DNA from: Candidatus Obscuribacterales bacterium
Lineage (GTDB): Bacteria; Cyanobacteriota; Vampirovibrionia; Obscuribacterales; Obscuribacteraceae
NCBI GenBank assembly: GCA_965228855.1
Contig: CBDDIJ010000003.1
Coordinates: forward strand, 320,001 to 384,000
Direction: 5' to 3'
DNA length: 64,000 bases
Under the pieces are notes generated by a model. The model ran no database searches, was not told where the DNA came from, and worked only from the letters and a program-made list of their open reading frames with translations. Each line of letters begins with the position of its first letter. Position 1 is the first letter of the stretch. Made by a program: the position numbers and the translations under genes. Positions 37,378-47,819 of the stretch are shown here, piece by piece.

Positions 37378-39063
37378 ATGCTAAACGACTACGATCGGAA
37401 AAGACATTTTGAAGATACACCTGAACCAAAAGGCAACAGAGCGAAGGCCGCGAGTCATAAACGTAAATCTCTGGAGTTCGTCGTGCAAAAGCATTCGGCT
37501 AGCCGGTTGCATTTTGATTTTCGTCTGGAAGTCGATGGAGTGTTAGTATCATGGGCGGTGCCAAAGGGGCCCTCTCTAAATCCAGTCGACAAACGCCTGG
37601 CCGTTCATGTGGAAGATCATCCGTGGGAGTACCGTAAATTTGAAGGTATTATTCCAGCCAAGCAGTACGGAGCAGGAGAGGTGATTGTTTGGGACAAAGG
37701 CACATATGAGCCTGTCGAAGGAAGCGATGAGGATGTTGAAACTCAGCAGAAAATCGTCCGGGAAGGTTTGAAGTCCGGAAAATTGTCGATCGAACTTCAC
37801 GGCGAAAAACTGAAGGGTGTTTTTGCTCTTGTTGAAACTAAAGGACGCGGCAAAAACAACTGGCTTTTAATTAAAAAGGACGATGATTTTGCTGACCCTG
37901 ACGCCAATGTGTCTTTAGACAGTAAGTCCGTTCTATCTGACTTTACGCTTGATGAATTGCAGATCAAGAGCGGAAAAAGGAAGGCGTCCACTTCTAAAAC
38001 GCAATCAAAAACGGGCATCTCTAAAAAGCCATCTAAGAAAGCGATGCCGAAAGAGGAAAAGGGCACAAAAGCGAAAAGGTCTTCGACTCGGGAGAACCTT
38101 AGTCGAAAAAAGCCGTCAAGCCGGCACGAAAAAATGCCGGCTCGCGTCGAACCAATGTTCACAAAGACAGCTGAGGAGCCTTTCTCCAAAGCTGGCTGGA
38201 TATACGAACCGAAGCTCGACGGTATCAGATCAATTGCCTATATAAAGGAATCGGAAGTTCAATTGATTTCACGTCGCGGAATAAATCTTACGGAGCGCTA
38301 TCCATTGATTGAAAAGTCGCTTGAAGAAAACGAAGATGACATTATCCTCGATGGAGAAATTACGGCAATTGATTCGCAGGGAAGACCCTCGTTTCAGCTG
38401 TTGCAACGAGCGGGTCAAACTAGCCATACAGAGGGACTGCGAATTGTTTTCTATGTGTTTGACGTACTCTATGCAGATGGCCGCAATCTTGTCGATCAAA
38501 CCTTGAGCACGCGTCGACGGATTCTACGGCAAAAACTCAAGCAATCTGACGTCGTCAAAATAGTAAACGACCTGGGTTCTGATGGTCTCAAAGCATTTCA
38601 GGCTTGTGTAGATATCGACCTGGAAGGTATCGTCGCTAAGAAGCTTGACAGCGTTTATAAACCCGGCACGCGGACTGCAGATTGGTTAAAAGTCAAATCC
38701 TTCAAAAGCTCGGAGCTACTGATCTGCGGATATAGCAAGGGCGCAGGCTCGCGCAGCGATCAATTTGGAGCGCTCCTGTTGGGATATTTTGATGACCACG
38801 GTGAACTCACCTACGCGGGCTCTGTAGGAACAGGCTTCAACTCCAACATTATGCGAGAACTGCTTCGCGTTATGAAACCGCTTGAACGCAAGACAAGCCC
38901 GTTCGGCCTGAAAACCGGCAAGAAGAGGGACGTGACCTGGCTGACACCGAAATTGGTGGCAGAGATCAAATTTTCCGAGTGGACGGCTGACGGTTTGTTG
39001 CGTATACCGGTGTTTCTACGCCTTCGTGAAGACATAGAACCCTCCACTGTCGTGCGTCGATGA
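37378..39063 (+). CDS. ligD: NHEJ DNA ligase D (3'-phosphoesterase + ATP-dependent ligase domains; no polymerase domain)
   Basis: YDRKRHFEDTPEP, FVVQKH.ASRLHFDFRLE, SWAVPKGPS, EPKLDGIR, LDGEI, YVFDVL, EGIVAK, WLKVK, G.LR.PVF..LRED. ATG 37378 with AAGGA RBS. Confidence 0.92.
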   Translation: MLNDYDRKRHFEDTPEPKGNRAKAASHKRKSLEFVVQKHSASRLHFDFRLEVDGVLVSWAVPKGPSLNPVDKRLAVHVEDHPWEYRKFEGIIPAKQYGAGEVIVWDKGTYEPVEGSDEDVETQQKIVREGLKSGKLSIELHGEKLKGVFALVETKGRGKNNWLLIKKDDDFADPDANVSLDSKSVLSDFTLDELQIKSGKRKASTSKTQSKTGISKKPSKKAMPKEEKGTKAKRSSTRENLSRKKPSSRHEKMPARVEPMFTKTAEEPFSKAGWIYEPKLDGIRSIAYIKESEVQLISRRGINLTERYPLIEKSLEENEDDIILDGEITAIDSQGRPSFQLLQRAGQTSHTEGLRIVFYVFDVLYADGRNLVDQTLSTRRRILRQKLKQSDVVKIVNDLGSDGLKAFQACVDIDLEGIVAKKLDSVYKPGTRTADWLKVKSFKSSELLICGYSKGAGSRSDQFGALLLGYFDDHGELTYAGSVGTGFNSNIMRELLRVMKPLERKTSPFGLKTGKKRDVTWLTPKLVAEIKFSEWTADGLLRIPVFLRLREDIEPSTVVRR

Positions 39064-39615
39064 CGAACTATATAGCAATACGGAACTAAGCATGTTACGA
39101 GCTTCTTGACAATTTGATATTGCAGATTAAGCTCCAATTAAACTAGTTGCCATGCAGGCAATGTTCCCGAAATCGCCGTCATTCGGGTGGTTTGGGGATT
39201 GGTATCAGCAGTTAAACTGTCTTAACAAGGTGCGCACAGAGCCAATTGCGCACTTATACTAGCCTTAAGCCGTTGCAAAGCGACGTGCTTGTATTGTTGT
39301 TTGCCTGGGCGTTTGGAGTTTTTGAAGTTCAAGCTATACGCAAAAATTGCATCTGAGTAATGCAAATATAAAGGAACTGTTTAGAAACCCCTTGTTGACG
39401 ACCTTCGCACATACGATAGTTTCACAGCTGGTGAATCGCCACAGAGCGCTCCCCCCGATAAATAGGTCCCTACCGCCTGGGACAGAAGTCACTAAACAAA
39501 CGGGTTAGAGCTATCTCATCGAACAGTCCAGCGGCAGTTTTCTTTTGAGATTTTTTCCTGGCAGAAAAAATTGTTGGCTAACCCTGCGCTCTCTTAAATG
39601 AGAAGAGGATCCCTA

Positions 39616-40632
39616 ATGGCTAAAGCAAAGTCCACTGAAGAAAGAACAGTTCGTGGAATGCTCGTCGAAGACGAGAACGTCGCGAAGAGAAATGAGATGG
39701 AAGAACTCGATCTCATGGATGACGACCAATTCACGATTCTGGATGACGAAGAGGACAAATTTGACGACGATGAAGAAGTTGTTGAACTGCCTTCATCGCG
39801 TGAAATCGCGACGGAAGACTCAGTCCGCCTGTACCTTCGCGAAATCGGTCGAATCCAGCTATTGAAGCCGGATGAAGAGATCGAACTGGCTCGTAAAATT
39901 CTGCAAGGCGATATGATGGCCAAGCGGAAGTTGGTTCAAGCCAACCTTCGATTGGTAGTTTCAATCGCTAAGAAGTACATCGGAAGAGGACTTTCGTTCC
40001 TTGACCTGATTCAAGAAGGTAACCTCGGTTTGATTCGTGCATCGGAAAAGTTCGATCACGAGCGCGGTTACAAGTTCTCAACCTATGCGACCTGGTGGAT
40101 CAGACAGGCAATCACACGCGCCCTGGCTGACAAATCGAGAACCATTCGCGTTCCCGTACACATGGTTGAAACCATCAACAAATTGAAAAAGGTCACGCGT
40201 CAACTGGCACAAGAGTTGAACCGTAAACCTACGGAACAAGAACTTGCGGCCTCGATGGATGTGTCTATCGTAAAACTGCATGAGATCATCAAAGCAGCTA
40301 AAGAACCAATTTCTCTGGAAACACCGATCGGAAAGGAAGAAGATTCCAGACTCGGCGACTTCATTGAAGATGCTGAGACAGATCGTCCGGAGACGACAGT
40401 CACGCATGAGCTTCTTCGTCAAGATCTGGCAAAGATGCTGAATGAGCTGACTCCCCGTGAGCGAGATGTTTTGAGACTGCGTTTCGGTTTGGACGACGGT
40501 CGTCAACGGACGCTTGAAGAAGTTGGACAACTGTTCAACGTGACTCGTGAGCGTGTACGTCAAATAGAGTTCAAAGCGCTTAGAAAGTTGAGACAGCCAG
40601 GTCGCTCGTCGAGACTTCGGGAGTATCTTTAG
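39616..40632 (+). CDS. rpoD: RNA polymerase sigma-70 factor RpoD/SigA (group 1 or close group 2)
   Basis: [86 protein letters not shown] 39616 with AGAGGA RBS. Confidence 0.92.
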   Translation: MAKAKSTEERTVRGMLVEDENVAKRNEMEELDLMDDDQFTILDDEEDKFDDDEEVVELPSSREIATEDSVRLYLREIGRIQLLKPDEEIELARKILQGDMMAKRKLVQANLRLVVSIAKKYIGRGLSFLDLIQEGNLGLIRASEKFDHERGYKFSTYATWWIRQAITRALADKSRTIRVPVHMVETINKLKKVTRQLAQELNRKPTEQELAASMDVSIVKLHEIIKAAKEPISLETPIGKEEDSRLGDFIEDAETDRPETTVTHELLRQDLAKMLNELTPRERDVLRLRFGLDDGRQRTLEEVGQLFNVTRERVRQIEFKALRKLRQPGRSSRLREYL

Positions 40633-40669
40633 CTGAGATGAACTAACTCAGTTGAATTGAATTCAAATT

Positions 40670-40702
40670 TGAACCCGGGTCGGAAGGCTCGGGTTTAATT
40701 TT
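40670..40702 (+). terminator. Intrinsic terminator after rpoD
   Basis: GAACCCGGGTC-GGAA-GGCTCGGGTTT hairpin followed by AATTTT. Confidence 0.65.
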
Positions 40703-40816
40703 GTCCTCTGTAGTTTGAGAAGCCAATATCGTTATTGATCAGCGAAGCATCTTTTTTCACCTCAATCGCCGCTTTCCTTTTCGTGTGCTAAAGAAAGCGT
40801 ATCGGAGGATTCTTTT

Positions 40817-41155
40817 ATGGACGATAAAAAAGATAGTTGCAAGAGAGCAGAAGAAGAAAAAGTGGTAACTGCTGCACTCGGTGGCCATGAGCCGGAACAG
40901 TTCAGCACCGAAGGGTATGAAAAGAGTGATCATTCCGATTCCGATTGCTGCCAACAAAAGAATGCGGATTCGGAGGGGCACATCGATAAGCTCACTGGAC
41001 AGTGCGACAGTGACGATCGCCAGTCAACGTACGTCGACGATAAAGAGTATCTGGCTAGCAGCGGTGGCGGCCGGTCGTTTCAATACGCCGATGAGCTGAC
41101 TAATGAGGATGAGGAAAAGTCCAAGTCGGCTGTCGCAAAAGAAGAAAGCTCCTAA
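40817..41155 (+). CDS. Acidic hypothetical protein
   Basis: GGAGG RBS; 112-aa D/E/S-rich ORF. Confidence 0.6.
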   Translation: MDDKKDSCKRAEEEKVVTAALGGHEPEQFSTEGYEKSDHSDSDCCQQKNADSEGHIDKLTGQCDSDDRQSTYVDDKEYLASSGGGRSFQYADELTNEDEEKSKSAVAKEESS

Positions 41156-41507
41156 CTTGGACTTTCAAGGAACGTTCGTTTCAACGTGTTGGCCGCTGAT
41201 TTAGAAGCCAATTGACCGTTTTACTTTTGTTCATTACTGTTCCGCACCTACCTTCTTGAAGTTGCGATGGAACCTGATTTCAGTTTTCGCTGTGATACTA
41301 TTGGCGGTGCCCTCAGGTGCTAACCTCGCCGAGGTCGGTGGTGTTGAGGAAAGTCGCTTGCTTCGCCGTAAGCGTCAACAGAGGTGGATCTTCGTTGAGT
41401 TAGAGGTTGTGATTCAGGGCAGCTGTGTTATAGTTTGATATAAGTCTATACGCGACACGCTTCTGGTTTTATTCTGCAAGCCTCAAGTGCACAAAGAGGT
41501 TTTCTTT

Positions 41508-41993
41508 ATGAACAGAGATAAGCCGGTTCAAAAATGTTGTCCAACAGATTTCGTACTCCAAACTCTAAGCACGCGCTGGACACTTCCGCTTATTAAGGCG
41601 CTGGCGAAAGGACCTTTGCGACCGTCTGAGCTCACGAAGAAGCTGGACGGCATCAGCGCTAAGTCTCTCACCCAGCGGCTGAGGGAATTGGAGAGCGTGG
41701 GACTTTTGACGAGAACAGCCTACCAGGAAATTCCGCCGCGAGTTGTTTATGAATTGACTGACCGCGGTTTAGACGTCCTGTACGTTTTGGATGCGCTGGA
41801 AGATCTGGGAAAAAGTTGGCAGCGTGCTATACCTGGATATTCGCAGTGGACAAATATAGACCAATGCATGCACTGCTACGCGCATCTCTCGGACGACGTA
41901 GTGCCCAAGACTTCCACAGACGAGCACGAAAATTTCGGACAAGAAGAGGGTGATGAGCAGCTCGAAATGTCTACCTCAAGAACTCATACTTAG
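41508..41993 (+). CDS. HxlR (MarR/DUF24) transcriptional regulator with N-terminal CP and C-terminal CxHC
   Basis: CCP...RWTLPLI...SEL...GIS.KSLTQRLRELE..GL..R.AYQEIPPRV.YELT.RG. Confidence 0.9.
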   Translation: MNRDKPVQKCCPTDFVLQTLSTRWTLPLIKALAKGPLRPSELTKKLDGISAKSLTQRLRELESVGLLTRTAYQEIPPRVVYELTDRGLDVLYVLDALEDLGKSWQRAIPGYSQWTNIDQCMHCYAHLSDDVVPKTSTDEHENFGQEEGDEQLEMSTSRTHT

Positions 41994-42086
41994 TGCGACC
42001 ATCGCAGTAAAAACACCATCTGTCTTTACATGAAGGTTGCGTCTCAGAATGCCGTCCTCTCGGTTTCCACCGTTTAAACAAGCTAA

Positions 42087-42389
42087 TTAGTAGATTACCG
42101 GGGTGTAGAAGTTGAGCGTTCTCAAGTCTGTCTTTCCTGTATTGCGGATTTCGTGAGTTTCACCCTCAGCAATTTGAAGTAGTGTTCCACGCTTGAGCGA
42201 CACTGTTTGGCCTTCAACGGTGGCAGCGCCGCTGCCTGAAATTACATACAGCCACTGATCGGCTTTATGTTTATTGTCAGGTCCGCCTTCCTTATCGCCC
42301 GGCTTTATAACCATGGAGGCGACTTCCGATCGCTTAGTTCGCGATAGTACTGTGAACCCTTTTTTCGGATCTAGTTGCAATTTGTCCAT
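42087..42389 (-). CDS. Cupin domain protein
   Basis: MVIKPGDKEGGPDNKH.ADQWLYVISGSG...I..GETHEIRNTG...LRTLNFY.P. Confidence 0.88.
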   Translation of the reverse strand: MDKLQLDPKKGFTVLSRTKRSEVASMVIKPGDKEGGPDNKHKADQWLYVISGSGAATVEGQTVSLKRGTLLQIAEGETHEIRNTGKTDLRTLNFYTPVIY

Positions 42390-42597
42390 AAAAACTGTTT
42401 CGAGTAGTGGCGTCTACGATATCGTTGACGAAGCAAAAGTCTAGAAGATGCGTCACCTTGTTGCCAGTTGACCAACCCGACTTGAATCCTCTTATGTAGG
42501 ATATTGCTGAGTCGAGTGTGGTGAATTCAAAGATGATGCCATCATGCTTAAAGACCCAGACCGACGGTTTCAATTCACTCAGTTGATATCGGGACAT
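42334..42597 (-). CDS. Possible small hypothetical protein
   Basis: GGAGG 9 nt before ATG 42597; 87 aa; overlaps the cupin gene start by 56 nt. Confidence 0.35.
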   Translation of the reverse strand: MSRYQLSELKPSVWVFKHDGIIFEFTTLDSAISYIRGFKSGWSTGNKVTHLLDFCFVNDIVDATTRNSFYGQIATRSEKRVHSTIAN

Positions 42598-42734
42598 CGG
42601 TGCAGCCTCCGAGATAGAAACTTTTAGTATCTTAATGGCACATGTTTGATAAACCAATGCAGCTCGGCGATGCCGCGATCGCAATTTCAATTATCAGTTG
42701 TTCGATCAACATGAGTATATGAATTGGATAGCGC

Positions 42735-43676
42735 TTATATCAGCGACCAATTGCCGGGTAAACCTTCGGAATTTGCTGGATTCGGATTGTACTCGTCGAT
42801 CCCCCATAATCGGAATCCACCAAGAAATGCTGTTTGATTGTGACCCAATCGAGCTCCTGCTGGAAGCGATCTCACAAGTTTTGCATTGCCACCACCTACG
42901 ACGACATAGTCCGCATTAAAAGAATGAATCAACCGGATAACAAAATCGTGAACTGCTCTTCTCCATTTTTTTAAACCGATTTTTTTGATTGCTCGTTTTG
43001 ATAAAACATCTCCGACTGTGTTTCTCGAATCCCATCGCATATTGCCGAGTTCCATAGGCAGAATCGCGTGATCGACTATCATTGCCGAGCCGACGCCGGT
43101 GCCCAGTCCAAGGAAGATCATTCGACCACCTTCGTAACTGCCTACTGCTTGCATTGCAGCATCATTGACAAACTTAACGGGCTTTCCAAAGGCGGCTCCA
43201 TAGTCGAATCCGACCCAGCCAGATCCGAGGTTGCCGGGCTCCGAAAGTGGGCCATTCGTCCCTACCAGTCCGGGGAATCCGATTGATATGGCGTCGAACT
43301 TCCAATCCTGGGTTAACAGCTCAACTTGCTCGACCAACATGAGCGGAGTAAATTCAATTCCGGAGCGAACTTTCCTGGACTCCAATTCGCCACTCAAAAG
43401 CATTTTTGCCTTGGTGCCGCCTACGTCGATGGATAAGATTCGCATGCCCTCTGCATTTGCAGCACTTCGCGAAGAGTATCGTGATTCTGCCGTATCTCTG
43501 GTCGTGCGCTTTCGCTTTGTGCGCGCTTGGGGCTTCCTCGTTTGCTTTTTCTCCGAACGTTTCAGTCCATCGGTCGTTTTTCTTCTGTTATTGGCTGACT
43601 TGATCTTGGTGCTTGCGTTTGCCTTCTCTGCTACAGTTGCGGACTTACGAGTCGATTTGAGCTTGTTCTTTTTCAA
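42735..43676 (-). CDS. ROK family sugar kinase (polyphosphate glucokinase-like) with Lys/Arg-rich N-terminal extension
   Basis: ILSIDVGGT, SIGFPG, NDAAMQA.G, FLGLGTGVGSA, ELG, VVGGGN. Core domain begins at ATG 43445. Confidence 0.85.
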   Translation of the reverse strand: MKKNKLKSTRKSATVAEKANASTKIKSANNRRKTTDGLKRSEKKQTRKPQARTKRKRTTRDTAESRYSSRSAANAEGMRILSIDVGGTKAKMLLSGELESRKVRSGIEFTPLMLVEQVELLTQDWKFDAISIGFPGLVGTNGPLSEPGNLGSGWVGFDYGAAFGKPVKFVNDAAMQAVGSYEGGRMIFLGLGTGVGSAMIVDHAILPMELGNMRWDSRNTVGDVLSKRAIKKIGLKKWRRAVHDFVIRLIHSFNADYVVVGGGNAKLVRSLPAGARLGHNQTAFLGGFRLWGIDEYNPNPANSEGLPGNWSLI

Positions 43677-43959
43677 TTTTTTTCCACGCCCCTGCGGTAA
43701 CGAGAGATGTTTAGCACGGTAGGGTAAAATCGTAGAAAGATATGCGCAATGTTGAAAACGCAGGATTTTCGTATCTGCCAGCAGCCTAGTTCGAGACTCA
43801 GCTTACCGCAGAGGCTCAAACCGCCCGTGTTTGTCGCTGTTCCGAAGGTTTAATCGTAAGCGGCGAATCGCCCCGAAACGCTCTGGTGCAATTTCGGATT
43901 TCGGGTATCTTAAGGACATCGATATATGTATTTGTAGGGACCAATAAATTCTCAACTAA

Positions 43960-45753
43960 ATGACCAACGATCGGCTGAAGTCTGTTTTTTTTGTGTTGAT
44001 AACTGCAGTGGCGCTTCTTCAAGCATTCGCCTACAACACAGCTGCTTATTCAACCGATGATTGCGCATATCTTGATCAGGCTGTTTTGTTCGCACAGTTT
44101 GACTTCAAGCAGGCTGTAAACACCTATTGGAGTCCTCTGTATCCATTTATCGTCGCCATTATGCTCAAAATGTTCAGCCCTCCTCTCGCCCAGCAGCTGA
44201 TGGCTGTAAAGCTTTTGAACGTTTGCATCTTCGCGCTGATGCTCGCTTGTTTTAATTTCTTCCTCTCACGGTTTTTGAGCGCCTTCCCCGAAGTAGTATC
44301 TGACGCAGGCGAAGAACGCGGCGTCTTAAAGCATGCGAGACTTTCGCATCGCCAATGGCTAATTTTGGCGTACTCGGTCTTTGCATGGACTTCACTTTAC
44401 ATAGGGGGAATTAACCAGACAACGCCTGATTACCTGGTGAGCGCAAGCCTGTTCTTAGCCACTGGCATTGCAATCAATATCAAGAGAAACCCATCGGCAC
44501 TCTGGTTCGGATTGATGGGGGCTGTTTTAAGTTTCGGGTATCTAGCGAAGGCCTCGATGATACCGTCAATGGTGACCCTTATATTTCTTTCGGCTGCGCC
44601 ACTGCCCAAAGTCAGAGACAAAATCCTAAATGCCCTTGTGGCTGTCACCTGTGCTGTATTAATAGCAGCGCCGTACTGGATGGCGCTTTCTGTGAAAACT
44701 GGAAGTTTCTCCATAGGCTCTTCAGCCGGATTAAATTACATGTTATGGGTAAACCCCGGCTATAGCTTGTTAGGTAACAACAAGCCGGAAGTGGAGAAAC
44801 AGCTCGTTCACCCGATGGTAAGCTTGTCTTACAAACCAGACATTGTTGTCTTCGAAGATGTTCTGCCTGCAACGTTTCCACCATGGTTCGATCCCGGTTA
44901 TTTCGCGCAAGGACTTAAGGTCGTATTCAGTCCCACGGGCTCTGCAATTGCCCTGGTATTAAATGTGGTGTACCTGTTTTGTCTATTCGGGTGGCAATTA
45001 GTCGCTATCGCAATTGCAGGTCGGATATTCGCAAAGAAAGATTCTATTATTTTGTCCGGCTGGAAGAAGTCGCTAATTATCTGGCTTCCAGCAGTTATGA
45101 CAGCCTTTGGAATTTGTACGGTCATAAGTCTACCCAGTGGTTTCAGTACGCCGAGATACTTTGCTTCGACTGTTGTGCTGGTTTACCTTGCCTATTTCTA
45201 TTTGCGAAAATTTCCAGACACTGCACGGGGAAAGAAGGCGATGAAGGTATCCTTCTTAACTGCGTGTATAATCTCCGGCGCATTTTTCGCTTATGGCGTC
45301 GCCGGCGATACTTATCGACTCGCGCGAGGTCGAACCGACCAGCCTGCTAAGCTGGCTGTTGCGTTGCGCGAGATGGGTCTCAATCCGGGTGACAAAGTCG
45401 TGTTAATTGGAAAGGAATGTGCGGAGTGGGCGCGCATCGCTGGATTGAGAATCTCAGCGATTGTCGTTTCTGAGACGCCAGATCAGACCACCGATGACAT
45501 TAGTTATTTAAACTCGATTGTGGCGAAACTAAAGGCGGGCACAGGGGCGAAGGCTGCTGTCTATTTCCCGGATCCTATCTCTGACAATCTAGTGGAAGAG
45601 GAAGCACTTATAAAGACGTATCGCAATTTATTCACTTCACTGACCAGCATCAAGATAGCATCACCCCCCGAACGCTCGCGCTTCAGTCCCGAGTCCCTCC
45701 GTGATTGGAAGAAGGTCGATGGCGTGGAGTGCTACTTGTACTTTCTGCGCTAA
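43960..45753 (+). CDS. Multi-TM membrane protein, probable GT-C fold glycosyltransferase (ArnT/PMT-like)
   Basis: TM1 followed by DD..YLD.A...YWSPLYP loop, TPD, YLAK and PRY motifs; about 12 TMs. Confidence 0.6.
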   Translation: MTNDRLKSVFFVLITAVALLQAFAYNTAAYSTDDCAYLDQAVLFAQFDFKQAVNTYWSPLYPFIVAIMLKMFSPPLAQQLMAVKLLNVCIFALMLACFNFFLSRFLSAFPEVVSDAGEERGVLKHARLSHRQWLILAYSVFAWTSLYIGGINQTTPDYLVSASLFLATGIAINIKRNPSALWFGLMGAVLSFGYLAKASMIPSMVTLIFLSAAPLPKVRDKILNALVAVTCAVLIAAPYWMALSVKTGSFSIGSSAGLNYMLWVNPGYSLLGNNKPEVEKQLVHPMVSLSYKPDIVVFEDVLPATFPPWFDPGYFAQGLKVVFSPTGSAIALVLNVVYLFCLFGWQLVAIAIAGRIFAKKDSIILSGWKKSLIIWLPAVMTAFGICTVISLPSGFSTPRYFASTVVLVYLAYFYLRKFPDTARGKKAMKVSFLTACIISGAFFAYGVAGDTYRLARGRTDQPAKLAVALREMGLNPGDKVVLIGKECAEWARIAGLRISAIVVSETPDQTTDDISYLNSIVAKLKAGTGAKAAVYFPDPISDNLVEEEALIKTYRNLFTSLTSIKIASPPERSRFSPESLRDWKKVDGVECYLYFLR

Positions 45754-45947
45754 CCAGTTTGGTTTAATTCTTGTTTTAAACTTTCAAAAGTGATTTCGGA
45801 GATGGGTTAACCGTCAGACTTCGGAGTGATTTTCAAAAAATCACCCTACATGGTTTTAACTTCGAGTGCTATCTTTTGGGAAGTAAGACTTATGAACAAA
45901 ACTCTCGAAGTGCTGGTTTGGCGTGACATGAGAGGGGAACGTGCTAA

Positions 45948-47021
45948 TTGAAAATGTTGCTTATTGAAGACAATCTGATTTTCGCCAGGTCCATTGAAGC
46001 CTTGTTGAAATCGAAAGCGACATTCGAAGTCGTTTTTGAGCACGTGAGTACGCTCGCTGATGCACTGCGGAGGCTACAACAGTTCCCAACCTCTTTAGAT
46101 GTAATCATTCTTGATTTGTCTCTACCGGACTCTAACGGCATCGCGACACTGCTTGATGTTAAGCGGTACTCTACCGGTGTACCGATTGTGGTGCTTACTG
46201 GCTCAGACTCGGAGCTTGGATTTGAAGCTGTTAAGCGGGGCGCTCAAGACTATCTTCAGAAAGGCGAATTCAATGCGTCGCATCTTCTGCGCTCCGTGCA
46301 ATACGCAGTTGAACGCGGTCGTTTCATCAGCGAGCGCGAAGATTTTGTCGCTACACTAACCCATGACCTGAAAAATCCTTTGATTGGTTGCGATAAGTTG
46401 CTCGAGTTATTAATAGATGGGAAATTGAAATGGGACACAGCGGAAAGAGATAACCTGATTCAACATATAAGAACCAGTAACAGAGCCGTTATCTCAATGA
46501 TCGATAATTTGCTGGATGTTTATAAGTACGACAAGAGTCTCGCCGAGTTGGCTCTTGAAAATACCAATCTGGTGCAGTTCGCGTTGAAGTGCATTGAAGA
46601 ATGGACACCTGTCGCGAATCTCAGGGGGGTAAGCCTCATTAATCTAAACGAGGAGCCGGTTAAGGTTATGATTGATGCGACATGCATGCGTCGCGTTTTT
46701 CAGAATTTGATCGACAATGCAATTAAATATAGCACTGCGGGCAGTGTCATAACTATTCATGTTTATGCAGACGATGAGAATGCCATCGTTGAAATTACAA
46801 ATCCAGGACAGCTTTTTTCCCGCACGGACTTGGCCAATTTGTTCAGTAGATTCTGGCGTGGAGAGAATCGCAAGAATGCCGTTGGCACTGGATTGGGGCT
46901 ATATCTATGCAGGCAGCTAATCGAGCTGCATCGAGGAAAGATAAGTTGTCGGCAGACAGAGGATGGTACTAGCACCACATTCTCCTTTGAGATACCAAGA
47001 TCGCTGAAACAAGCTTCTTGA
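45948..47021 (+). CDS. Hybrid response regulator/histidine kinase (REC-HisKA-HATPase)
   Basis: LLIEDN...ILDLSLPDSNG...VVLTG...DYLQKG; LTHDLKNPL; NLIDNAIKY; GTGLGLYLC. Confidence 0.92.
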   Translation: MKMLLIEDNLIFARSIEALLKSKATFEVVFEHVSTLADALRRLQQFPTSLDVIILDLSLPDSNGIATLLDVKRYSTGVPIVVLTGSDSELGFEAVKRGAQDYLQKGEFNASHLLRSVQYAVERGRFISEREDFVATLTHDLKNPLIGCDKLLELLIDGKLKWDTAERDNLIQHIRTSNRAVISMIDNLLDVYKYDKSLAELALENTNLVQFALKCIEEWTPVANLRGVSLINLNEEPVKVMIDATCMRRVFQNLIDNAIKYSTAGSVITIHVYADDENAIVEITNPGQLFSRTDLANLFSRFWRGENRKNAVGTGLGLYLCRQLIELHRGKISCRQTEDGTSTTFSFEIPRSLKQAS

Positions 47022-47217
47022 ACGGAGTGCTTTACTTTTCGTTTCTCGCAGTGCGATAAGTGGACAGCATTGTCAGTACTTACTGCCGGGATACCTACGA
47101 ATAGATTCTTCACTAGATTGAGCGCTGGCCCGTTGTCGTCATGAGAGTTTTCGCGATAGTTTCTACGCGATGTGCTACCACTCTTTTGTAGCTGGATGTA
47201 CGGCGAAGGTGCAAAAA

Positions 47218-47811
47218 ATGAAGCGCTTTTATTTGCTGGCTCTTATTCTGCCAATTACGATGAACATTCCTGTGTGGGCGTGGGATGCTGATGATATCGC
47301 CGAAATAATGCGCGATATGGAAATTAAAGCTCCGTCAATCAAACGACTGAGTGAGAAGAAAACAAAAGCGATTGCATTGTGCGCGCTAGACGTCAAGTCG
47401 AAGCGCGAAAAGTATGCTCGCACTTTGGATATGTTTTTAGAGGGCGTGGGCGCTGATAAGGATGTTGACACGGCGAAAGTTGAGTATGAAAAAGCTCAGG
47501 TCAACTTAGCAAGCCAGTGGAACAAGTCTCAGGAAGTTCTCCAAATTCTCCGGAAGCAAGATGTTCTTGCTCAGCGGTGGATGGCAGAGCGTGTAGCGAA
47601 GAATAAGGAGCTTGCTAAGGCCTGCGAGAGGGAGGACCATGCGACAGTGAAAGCACTCTCTCCTCAAAATGACACACATCCTAAACATGATGAGAGCAGC
47701 AAACCTTCGACCGTTCAGCCGAATCACACTTCGGTAAACCAGGTGAACGATAAGTCATTCACCCCTTCACCGAAAGACATAAATGCCGGAGTCCTACGCG
47801 AAGGACTTTAG
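47218..47811 (+). CDS. Exported helical hypothetical protein
   Basis: MKRFYLLALILPITMNIPVWA signal peptide from ATG 47218; coiled-coil body. Confidence 0.68.
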   Translation: MKRFYLLALILPITMNIPVWAWDADDIAEIMRDMEIKAPSIKRLSEKKTKAIALCALDVKSKREKYARTLDMFLEGVGADKDVDTAKVEYEKAQVNLASQWNKSQEVLQILRKQDVLAQRWMAERVAKNKELAKACEREDHATVKALSPQNDTHPKHDESSKPSTVQPNHTSVNQVNDKSFTPSPKDINAGVLREGL

Positions 47812-47819
47812 TGAACCTT

